A stretch of DNA of 64,000 nucleotides, from assembly GCF_024521635.1 (NCBI RefSeq), contig NW_026250441.1:124001-188000 (forward strand), given 5' to 3'. Under the pieces are notes generated by a model, which ran no database searches, was not told where the DNA came from, and saw nothing but the letters and a program-made list of their open reading frames with translations. This document shows positions 12,453 through 22,700 of this stretch, in pieces. Every line of letters starts with the position of its first letter. Within the stretch, counting starts at the first letter, position 1. This DNA is from Tricharina praecox (Eukaryota). A program made the translations under genes and the position numbers.

Positions 12453-12616
12453 CCAGCATGAAAAAAACCCCGCGTGGTTTAATGGTCAACAAGCTGGGCC
12501 ATGCAATCGACAAGGGGATTTGAGCGCAAAGATCACCGTCCAAACTCAGGTAAAACTTTTTTGTATTCAGCTATTGGGGTTACCAAGCCACCCGCTGGGG
12601 GTGGTGATGGTTTTTG
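12453..12616 (+). ncRNA. Degenerate tRNA-derived cassette, unit U2
   Basis: A box TGGTTTAATGG 12475-12485, B box decayed (CCGTCCAAAC), hairpins and TTTTT (12611-12615) retained. Confidence 0.4.
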
Positions 12617-13040
12617 TTGGCCGCAGGGACACAGCTGCCAGCATGGGATATCACTCGATGCGTGACTCGGCTTCCGCTCCAGTCTCCCCTAGTCGTATTC
12701 GCAACCTGGAATTTGTCAGAACAGCTGCGCTCGACAGCTTTCTATTGATCATACCGGCTGATGGGCTTTCAGGTGTGTATTCCATTCAATAGATACCGGC
12801 GGATTGCTTGTTAAAACTCCTTCTTCCATGCTCACATCCTCCCTCCCTCATCATCCTTGTCTAACCTTCGAAAACACCCCACGAACAGAATCAAAACTTT
12901 CAGAACACATCACACACAATCAAACCCTTTAGCACACATCACCGGTCTTTCGTTCAACTCTTTCCAGACCTCAGTTTACATCACCCCGGCTCCGTACCAT
13001 CTTCCAAGTTCGAGCTAAATACCCTCGAGGCACAAACACA

Positions 13041-13211
13041 ATGAGTGGCAGAACTTCAAAGCCTTGCGTTTACTTGTGGAGATGCGACAATTGCTCGCAC
13101 AGCAACAGTATGAACTCCTGGACGTGCGAGCAATGCGGCACGCACTGTTCGCGGAGAGCCTGGGCCGCACACTGTGAGGCCGAGTTCAAATACTATCAGA
13201 CTTACAAGTAG
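13041..13211 (+). CDS. RanBP2-type zinc-finger microprotein, copy 2 (56 aa)
   Basis: MSGRTSKPCVYLWRCDNCSHSNSMNSWTCEQCGTHCSRRAWAAHCEAEFKYYQTYK*. ATG context CACAATG. Gap-free alignment to copy 1. Confidence 0.7.
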   Translation: MSGRTSKPCVYLWRCDNCSHSNSMNSWTCEQCGTHCSRRAWAAHCEAEFKYYQTYK

Positions 13212-13870
13212 GGCGTGCTAGGGATAGCGTCTTCCCTGGATGGGCGATCTTCGCGGGCTTGGGTAATTTTCTTTGTTAGGTTTGCTGGTATTTCTGTCTT
13301 TCTGTTAGGTTCGATGATTTTTCTGTCGTTCGTGTTGAAATGCTTTGCTGTTGTTTGATGTTGCACGCTTGAGTATTGGGAGTCTCGTTTTCGTGTTTCC
13401 TAGTTTGTACATAGATCGCTTCCTCATATTCGTCCTCTGACGTGCCGATTGTACGTGTTTCCAATACATATAAATCTTTCTTTCCGTTTCCAAAAATTGT
13501 GAATTCCATAGTTTTTTACCATTATGACAGCTGAAATATCGGGCAAGAAGTCGCCACAGTCTTGACAGGCCATTTTGACTGTTAGTTGATTTTCCCATGA
13601 GGCAGGGAGAGAGAGGGGAAGACCAAGATATCGCACCTGAACTGGTTGAAGCAGCTCTTCACGGACAAGTATAATAGTAAATACCAGATCTGCGAGGATC
13701 GAGGCCGCTGCAGCGTGGTGTGCGGCGTTGTACTGCCAGATTTGTGCTGCCTGCGTCGCGCAACGAGAGGAGCCAAAGCTGTGGCCGTGGGGGTCCAATG
13801 GACGGCACTTAGTCGCTGTTCTCGTCCGTCACGGAGCATGCACCAATTCATAATTTCCGAATGCATATAT

Positions 13871-14060
13871 CCAGCACGAAAAAACCCCCGTGTGGTCTAG
13901 TGGTCAACAACCTAGGCCACTCAATCAACGAGGGGAGCTGAGTGCGAAGGTCACCGTTCAAAACTAGGAAAAAGGCCGTTTTATTCAGCGCTTGGGGTTT
14001 CCAAGCCACCCACCGGGGATGGTGATGGTTTTTGGTTTTTGGTTTTGGTTTTTGGTTTGG
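13871..14060 (+). ncRNA. tRNA-derived cassette, unit U3
   Basis: A box TGGTCTAGTGG 13893-13903, B-box-like CCGTTCAAAAC 13954-13964, hairpins, then an expanded (TTTTTGG)n tail 14029-14060. Confidence 0.42.
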
Positions 14061-14764
14061 TAGCACGGGTGAAGCATGGGAAGTCACTCAGTACCGGAAA
14101 CCTCACACGCTTCTAATAAGGTGGACTTTGTTCAGTAGGGCTGCTATCTTTGCTTCCGCGCGTGTGCCGTCAACCATATCCTACCTAGCCTTGAGTTTGT
14201 ACTTGCAGCTACCTCAAGCAAACCGCCAGTCTGGCCGGCTACTTCTCACGGGCCGATGGAATACTGCTCTGATGTAACGCTGATGGACTTCGGGCTCATC
14301 GTCTCGGTGTCGGTTAGAAGGATTTACTGGCGATCCTATAGAAAATCATTGGGAACCTCTAGCATATCCCTAGGGGATGTTTCTGAAGCACGTGTCCAGG
14401 CTCGTCAGCGGTCCATATGCCGCGAATGCCACCACAGCAACAGCCGATTGCCGGCTTTCTATCCATGATACGGGCTGGAGGTATTGTAGGCGTATGTTCC
14501 ATTCAAAAGATACCGCTGGATCCCTGGTTAAAACCCTTTCTTCCGTACTCACATCGTCCCTCCCCCATCATCCTTCTCTAACCTTCAAAACTACCTCACA
14601 AACACAATCAAAACCTTTAGAATACATTACACACAAACAAAACCTGCAGAACACATCACCACCGGTCTTTCGAACTCTTTCTAGATCTCAGTTTATTTCA
14701 CCCCGACTCGGTACCTACCACCTTCTTCCAACCAAGTTCCAACTACCCTCAAAACACAAACGTA

Positions 14765-14926
14765 ATGAGTGGCTGAACGTCAAAGCCTCGCGTTTACCTG
14801 TGGATATGTGCGTTTTGCTCGCACAGCAACAGTATGAGCTCCCGGAAGTGCGAGCAATGCGGCAAGCACTGTCAGCAGAGCGATTGGATCGTACACAGGG
14901 AGGCCGAGGAAAAATATTTGCGTTAA
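14765..14926 (+). pseudogene. RanBP2-type zinc-finger microprotein, copy 3, premature TGA at codon 4
   Basis: MSG*TSKPRVYLWICAFCSHSNSMSSRKCEQCGKHCQQSDWIVHREAEEKYLR*. TGA at 14774-14776 where copies 1 and 2 have AGA. Confidence 0.7.
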
Positions 14927-16392
14927 GGCGCGCTAGGGATAGCGTCTTCCCTGGATGGGCGATCTGCGCGGGTTTGGGTAACTTTCTCTATTGGGGTTCA
15001 ATGATTTTTCTGTCTTTCCTGTTAAAATGCGTTGCTGTTGTTTGATGTTAGACGCTTGAGTCTCGGGAGTCTCGCTTTCTTGTTTCTTGGCTTGTAGGTC
15101 GCTTCTTTGCGCGCTTCGCCGGCGCTGACCGGCGGGGGCATGGGATGTCACTCGGTACGCGACACGTGACAGGAATAAAAATCCAGCTCCTCGTCTCTGA
15201 CGCCCGTGTTTTCTATATCCTGCTTCACGCCCTGACTCCTACATGTTCCTAGTCCATTGCCGATAAGGCCAAACTCTGGGTGAGGACGCTAGGTGCGGTG
15301 GGGAGGAAGAGAGGCGAGGTCTCCACCATCTCGCTTTCGTCTCCCCTGGCTCTTGCTTCTCTCTTTTCTTCTACCCTCGCCGCCCTTTCCCTCGCCACTT
15401 TCCTCGCCCCTGACCTCTCTGATCTTTCTATGATATGTGGGGTTCGCTTCCAGGTCAGATTCCAGAGGTCTGACACGGGGGTTTCGTTGTGTCTTCCGTT
15501 CCGACGGGTGGTACCCCCCGCTGTACGTCTATAGTTTAAAGCAACGCACGCACTGCGTAGCAGCCATCCCCATTCTTGTCTTTTCCCCTCCTGCTCCTTT
15601 TTCTTACCTTCGCCCATAGGGGTTTCTGCTTTGCTTTCCATTATGGGTAGCTCATAAAGAGCTGGGGTGTGGATTATGTACTGGCACCACCAAAATCGCG
15701 CTGAGGGAAACCCGCGGCAAATCTGCTCACAACCCACAGGCGCTATCGAGTAAATCTGGCAAATCTAGGAGTTAGTTGAGTGCCTGGCGGATGCTTTTGG
15801 ATCACGTGTCCAGGCTCATCGGTGGTAGATACACCGCCAATGCCGCCGCAGCACAAGCGGATTCCGTTCCAGGGTAGTAACTGTGAAGCGGATATCCGCT
15901 CTAGTATAATAGATGAAGAATAATGGCCGCGTACGTTCCGTGATGACCGGCATTTCACCTCTGTATGAGCCGCATGGCTTTCTCGACTACAGCCGGGACT
16001 GTTTTTTTTGCTGAGCATGAGTCGAGCCGGCTCTCTCCTACGCTGTCACTTTTGCTTGCCATCATAGTCGGAAGCTGGGATTTGTCGGTTGGGAGGTATT
16101 GTATAACAGGTGAGCTTGCCGGCTTTCTATTCATGATACCGGCTGGAGGGATTGTAGGCGTGTGTTCCATTCAAGTAATACCGCCGGATCCCTAGTTAAA
16201 ACTCCTTTTTCCGTACCCACATCGTCCCTCCCCCGTCATGCTTCTCTAACCTTTGAAACTACCTCACAAACACAATCAAAATCTTCAGCAGACATCACCG
16301 GTCTTTCGAACTCTTTCCAAATCCCAGTTTACTCACCCCGACTCGGTACCGTCTTCCAAGTTTCAACCAACTACGCTCAAAACATAAACGCA

Positions 16393-16560
16393 ATGGGTGC
16401 CGAATCGTCAAAGCCTGTCGTTTACATGTGGAAATGCATCATCTGCACGCACATGAACAGTATGAGCGACCAGTGGTGCGACCAATGCGGCAAGCGCTGT
16501 TCGGACAAAGCCTGGGCCGCACACAAGGCTGCCGCGAAGCGATATAAGCCCTATGGATGA
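16393..16560 (+). CDS. RanBP2-type zinc-finger microprotein, copy 4 (55 aa)
   Basis: MGAESSKPVVYMWKCIICTHMNSMSDQWCDQCGKRCSDKAWAAHKAAAKRYKPYG* (3' part of track ORF 16162..16560). Same ATG position and leader as the paralogs. Confidence 0.75.
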   Translation: MGAESSKPVVYMWKCIICTHMNSMSDQWCDQCGKRCSDKAWAAHKAAAKRYKPYG

Positions 16561-16894
16561 TTGTTCTTTGGATGGGCGATCTGCGCGGGTTTGGGTAACG
16601 TTCTGTTGGATTCGGTGATTTTTCTGTCTTTCTTGTTTTAATGCCTCGCGATTGTTTGATGTTGCACGCTCGAGTGTTGGGAATCTCGCTTTCTCGCTTC
16701 ATGGCTTGTAGGTCGCTTCTTTGCGCGCTTCGGCGCTTCCAAATATCCTTCCTCCAACCTGCCGATTGTGCGTGTTTCCAGTACTATGAATCTTTCTTGC
16801 TTTTCCAGACATTGTGAGTTCCATGATTCTACCGTTGTGACAGCTATGGCTCCGGGTTCATGCAGATATCGTATCGAGTAAGGCTGGCGACGAT

Positions 16895-17127
16895 CAGTGT
16901 TCTACATAGACCCGACCGGTCGGCCGACCGATCTGGTCAGTCGGGATATATCCCGACCCGACTTTGGGTTTTGTCCGTCGGGATAAAATTAAGTAGACGT
17001 GACTTAGGGTTTAGTAGGTCGGGATATATCCCGACTCGACCAGACCTAAAATATTTTGGTCGGGATATATCCCGACCCGGCCAGACCATGCCCAAATTTG
17101 GTCGGGACTGGTCTATGTAGAACACTG
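16895..17127. mobile_element. MITE / non-autonomous TIR element, hAT-like CAGTGTT termini, 233 bp
   Basis: Perfect 18-bp TIR CAGTGTTCTACATAGACC (16895-16912) / GGTCTATGTAGAACACTG (17110-17127). Three internal palindromes GTCGGGATATATCCCGAC (16940, 17018, 17059). No TSD visible. Confidence 0.8.
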
Positions 17128-19386
17128 AACCTTTTATCCTTTTCCTCGCTCATTCTCTGGACTCCGCCCATTTCTTTCTTTTACGTACCCTCTGTTGAAT
17201 GTGTGCTAAGGTGCGGGGGCCGGGGTGGATGTCGGAGAGTGAGGAGGTTGAATGGTGGGGAAGCGGCGAAGTGAGGTGGTGTGGTAGTTGAGTATTGGGG
17301 TGGTAGGGGAAAGAGTATGCGCGGATGATCTAGGCGCAAAAGGGAGGATCTATGTAACGCTCAAACAGCAGTTTTCGCTCGTAAAATTGTTCAGCCCCCC
17401 TCGTCAGACCACTCAGCGATCGTGCGGGAGACCTTTCGGTCTTCCGCTGCATGTCGGGCCCACGTATCTGCCGTCGCGTTCCGGGGTATGGTTACTCTCC
17501 AGGTATACCTAGAGTACAGTGTGGTATGTATGAGTGATGTTTACGATGGCGATACACCTCATGTCACTCGAGCCTTCCGCAGCCGTGTGAGGGTCTAGTT
17601 GACACTTTCGGGTGCGCTAACCTGACATCACAATTCATGCCTCTGTACAGGGTCACGGTACTAGTAACTGGTGACCCGGGGGCCGGTTCTCACCCATCCG
17701 AGAACAGAGCACCACCGCTCACTCGTCACTAGCACAGCTTGGCCAGACAATGCACGGACGGCAAAGTGGCGTCTATGTACTGATCGTGGATGATTCAGCT
17801 GGTGGCTGGCTGGACGATGGCCACAGTTAACTAGAGTAGGTACTCTAGCCCTCATCTGTTAAGCAGGCAGATGTCGGATTTCAAAGTCCGGGCCGGAGTC
17901 CCGAAGCTGTACACTTCCATCCCATCGTATGCTCCCCGGCGGCTGGGATTCGAAATACTCACCCACATCCCCCCGTCCTCCTCCTTCGCGCGGAGATGCA
18001 TATTTCAGCGCCGTCGCCGATGTTTCTCTCTCTGTTTCTCTCTCATCTCATCTCGTCTCGCCAGTCGAAATCGAAATTCAAAATCGAAATCGAAACACAC
18101 ATCCCACGTTCGGGCCGTGCGTGGGTGAGGTGAGCGGCATGCGCTCGTGATCCCTGTCCAAGCAACCCTTCCGCCTCCCCGCGCGGCTCCGTTTCTGACG
18201 TGTCAGATTTTTGTAGCGCCCACGCCGAATTTCTGCCCTCCTTGGGGGCGGGGGGGTTGGGTACGTGCTAGTGTGTAGTGTGAGGCCTTTTCTGCCTAAT
18301 ACGTGTTCTGGAGCGGTCGGCGATGAAATGTGCTAGCATATGGCAGGTGGCGGGGGGTACTGCGTCCTGGACTGGTTCGGTGGAGGGGCGAGGGGTGGAA
18401 ATGAGAGGCGCTGGACACCTCGCTCGCTCGCTAACTGAATCGACGCGGAAGGGCTGTACCGCGCCGTACCGTACCGCACCGTACGGATCATCGCTCCTTA
18501 TCTGTCAAGCTGCTGCTGACGACGACGATTTGGAATTGTTGACATGACGATAACTAGATGTCTATGTGCTCTACTCTGGATACATGATACATGATCCATG
18601 ACACCTACATCACGCACCGGCAGTTCAGTTCAGTTCACATGCTCTTGGCTCGAGCTCGTTATCTGTTCGTAAATATCGGGATAATCAACTAGGTATGTGC
18701 TCCACAGTAGTTGCTGGACCTCCACGCGGCAGATCCAGCTCGACACGTCGTCGTCGCTCGGACTGCATTCCCGAGGAGATGTATTGGACAGCGGAGAGTT
18801 CCGCTGTGGACAACTCGCTCATGCAAGATCATAGGTACTCTACACATCTATTCTACTCTAGCAGCGGCGAGATTATGGGGGATTCACCCGGACCCGGGGG
18901 CCGGATATCGATAGAAAGTCAATCGTACATATGTAAGTGCTTTCACGGGTGCGGTACCGAGCAGTGCGAGTGGGGGGCTGGCATTTACCATGACCAATGA
19001 ATAGTCTCCTCTAGGGAAACGAAGCAAGCCACAGGGCCCGGGGGAACAGGGAGTCGCGACGAGTGATCGGCAGTGAGCTGGCGGTGGTCGGTTCGAAATC
19101 GGACTGTTTAGGTTCGGGCCTGACAGTCCCAGGCTCTCACTCAGCAACTTTTAAATTCTCGACTGGTACAGCCTGCGAGTCTGAGGTGAAATTGAAGCTG
19201 CCGATGATTTGCCTGTTCCGGCACGGCGACGGGGTCCGGAGCGGGATGAACACCGTACCTATGGTACATATCACTCTCGATGTGGCGCGGGCCCGAGGGA
19301 AGCCACGGATACATACTATACTACCTATGCCCGCTGGGGATGCGTGGGGTGGAGGGTCAGCACCATGGGAGGTGACTCGGTGATCT

Positions 19387-19458
19387 GTGGACTGGCGCGG
19401 CCGATGACCCGTGGACTGGCGCGGCCGATGACCCGTGGACTGGCGCAGTCGATGACCC
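19387..19458 (+). repeat. 24-bp minisatellite x3 (GTGGACTGGCGCGGCCGATGACCC)
   Basis: Direct reading; third copy has 2 mismatches. Confidence 0.9.
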
Positions 19459-19706
19459 GGGTCGCGATGATATCACTGCCGCTACATACCTACATACGTG
19501 ACACGCATCACCGTTGCATCGCTCGACTAGAGGTTGGAGTATGACCGCGCTGACAGACCTGAAGTAACGGCATATAGATTGACGTCGACTGCTGACTGCT
19601 GACTGCCGCAAACGACGCAGCGGAGAGACTCATCGTCGAAGCACAGAAGCCGGATGCTGGAGAAGGTGCGTGCCTTACCCTCTCCCCGCCATTGGTCACG
19701 AAGAAC

Positions 19707-19743
19707 AAGAAGAAGAAGAAGAAGAAGAAGAAGAAGAAGAAGA
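19707..19743 (+). repeat. (AAG)n microsatellite
   Basis: Direct reading. Confidence 0.95.
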
Positions 19744-22700
19744 CGAACACAGTGGCAACATGTCCGGGGGGGGGGAGGGGGGGACGGCCAGCTGAAAAGT
19801 TACCAGATAGGCACGGTGCATATCGGATCGTTCTCGGGGATGCGGTTTTGGGGAACATAGGTAACTAGGTACATAGTTACCTATGCATACCAACAGTGCA
19901 GAATCCGAACCTACCCGGGCAGCGGGACATGGATATAGACGACCGCTCGCGTTCAGGCTTGGATGTCGGGACCCAGAGCCTTCCCAGTTTTCTCACTGGT
20001 GGTGGTGGTGGTGGTGGTGGTCGTCTTTCGTTCATTCGTACCAGCTGAGGGGTACGAAATACCGGGTGGACGCAAGTGCAGTACAGTACAGCAAAGTACA
20101 GTACAGTGCAGCGCAGTGGAGTGCAGGTTAGGTTCCACCCACCTCTACTATCCTTCGCTCCACGTAGGCACGTATCCGCAGACTCGCAAGCGAAAGGGCA
20201 GAGCACGTATCCGACGACTTGTAGATGCGGTTGGGAGTTGATGCGCACTCGCACTGTTTCTCGATCGCAACAACTGCCGACAGACGCCCCCTTCCCCTTC
20301 CCCCCACAGTTCCGGCGATTTCCGATCTATCCGGACCCTTCTGGATGCTCCGGAGAAGGTTCGGTGTGGTTTGAGGATCAGGATGAGGATGAGGATGGGC
20401 ATGCAGGCACGCAGCAGAGTCCCGCGTGCTAGTTATCGGCTTAGGGTATTGCCCGAGCCTTGAGGAGGGAGAAGGAGGATGACGTTTGTGCTGGTTGGAT
20501 GGCAGATGCAGATCGATTGCCATTGCCATTGCCCGACCGTGAGTTTCGCTTTTTTTCTTTTCTTTTCCTTTGCTTGCTTGCTTCTCTCGGAGAGTCGGAA
20601 TCTCGGCAGATGCTTGCTGCTGGCATGAGATCTGTCTGTCTGTCTGTCTAGGAAAGCGGATACCGAGAAGCACACCCGCCGTTTTCTTACAGCTAACGTT
20701 CCGTGCGGCGGACTCAGTTAGATGTATATTTTGCCCGGCATATATGGATACTTGAGCAAGTACTCCGGGGGTTTACCATTCGAAATCGATTCCGGGGAGT
20801 TGTTCCGTTTCGCCCAGTACCAGTGTACCACTCGGAAGGATCAATCAGTATCACCCGCTCCCCAAGAAAAAACCGATGAGGGTTCCCCTTGCAATTAGGG
20901 CGGGCACTTCAGATATCTCTCGACCAAGCCACCGGTTATTTCGGGTGTATATCGACGGCGAGGGGGGTGGGCAAGAACTTTGTTTAGAGCAAGCATCACT
21001 GCAGCAACGGCCCGGATATATGGACCGCCTGATAGCATTATTGCTGTGATAGGCACATAGATTTGGAGACACAGCGGGAGCATGCGTCCAGCTCGGAGCC
21101 GGAGCGGAGCAATCAACTGCACGTGTGCAGGTACAGCTACTATATGTACTCTAAAGTATGGAGATATATATTAGAACAACGGGAGAGGGAAGGAAACCCG
21201 AACACACGCACGAACACACGAACGCACGCAGGCAAGCACGCGTATCTTTCCCTCCCTCCCTCCCGCGCCCCACACAATGTCTCGGTAGATGGAGATGGAC
21301 ACTCCTCCTCCTACACTGGCTGCAAATGGGAGTTTGGATCTCCAACGTACCTTTGATACGCGGCTGCGGATCGTATCTGGGACGGTGCATGGGCATGGGC
21401 TTGGGCGTGGGCGTGGACGTGGGCATGGGCTTCCGCTCTGTGGGCGTGCGAGAGACCTTCTATAGTACCTACATAGATCCTCCCGAGGCAAGAATCAGAA
21501 TCAGAGCCGGAAGTGCAGTTTCGAAGTCCGTTGCGACACGGGACCCAGGGGTGCACCTGGGGGATCTGGAGGCAGGTGGAGAAAACGAAACATTCGACAT
21601 TCAGTCTGGCCAGGGGGGTAGAGTAACTACTCGATACATAGTCAGCTCATGGGGGTGATGGCGGTGGTAGGCCTCGCTTGGGATACGGCCGACCGGACAG
21701 TCGGCATTACGGGGTGAATCCAGTGATGGTGGATTGAGATTGATGGCAGCAGGGAGGGATGTGGTATACTAGCAGATACCGTAGAATCGTGCTGGATGGC
21801 TGTTACGGGTTCTATTCATCCTTGCAGGAAGTAGATTACTAAGAGGTAGATAATAACTGTACGGTATGTATGTACTCGACGAGGAATGCCGTACTGCAAC
21901 CACAACATCACACATCACACATCGCACAATCGCACAATCGCACAATCGCCCGCTGCACCGGCATCACGAACACACAAGATATCAACCGGGGTGGGAAATC
22001 TGGCAAATGCCATCGACCTCTCGACGTTTCCATTTGCCAATCGCTCGCAGGCCAGGGCCCAGGGGGGTGAGTGACTTGGTGGCATGATGCAATACCATCC
22101 GACGACTCGCCTTTGGGGAGTTCTTATTTTTATCTTTGCTCAAGCCCGGCCAAGTCAACGCTCAACGCTCTCCTCCGCGCCCGCACGCCGTCCCCTCCGG
22201 AGTCAGTCCGACTTCGATGTCGTGCTTTTTTTTTCTTTCGTTTTTCTTTTCCGTGGCTCACCGTCGTCGTCGAGCCTGAGCCAATCAAGCGGCGCGAATG
22301 CGTGGTGATTCTCTTCAAGGCGAGAGTTGTGGCAGCCAATGGGCGGCGTTGAAACGGCCTCTTGGCGTCACAGCAATTTCGGGAGGGATGGGGGGCGGAT
22401 GATCCCTGATTTATCTCCACCTCGACTCTGGAGAATAGAGTGAAAGGCAGTCGCACACGAGATCGCTATCGACGAGTACTCTACCTCCTCTACATAGTTA
22501 CTATAGTAATTATCTAGGTAGGTAGGTTCTCCATCAACAGCCTCACTTTGGACGTCGTTTCGGTGCCGAGTCGCGGTTGTCGTCGGAAGTGCTCGATTGG
22601 CCCACCGCGACTGGCTGGTTGCCGCGTAGAGTACTCTGGTCGAACTCGACTCGACTGGTCGTCGTCGAAATGACATGGGCATGGTCAAGGTCATGGTCAT

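Larger units (their letters stand above)
8340..16890 (+). repeat. Degenerate tandem array of about 5 units (U0 ~8340-9570, U1 ~9570-11940, U2 ~11940-13540, U3 ~13540-15130, U4 ~15135-16890)
   Basis: The same ordered blocks recur: CAGTCTTGAYAGGCCRTTT...GTTGATKTTCCC (8354, ~9585 diverged, 11958, 13557); AGTAAATACC.GATC (8500, 12130, 13676); CCCGYGTGGTYTARTGGT head (8928, 9941, 12469, 13887); CTTTCTAT...CCATT.AA..(G)ATACC block (10489, 12737, 14451, 16119); micro-ORF; GGCGYGCTAGGGATAGCGTCTTCCCTGGATGGGCG 3' block. Confidence 0.9.

Noticed and set aside
12286..15045. Track ORFs 12286..12792 and 14377..15045 as genes
   Set aside because: They run through repeat blocks whose paralogous copies have stops and frameshifts in those frames; the conserved frame is the short ZnF one.
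15249..15737. 162-aa minus ORF within the U4 insert
   Set aside because: Low-complexity charged sequence with no identifiable motif; at most a transposon fragment.
16940..17077. CRISPR-like palindromic repeats
   Set aside because: Eukaryotic context, irregular spacing (60 and ~23 nt), enclosed by TIRs; better explained as MITE internal repeats.
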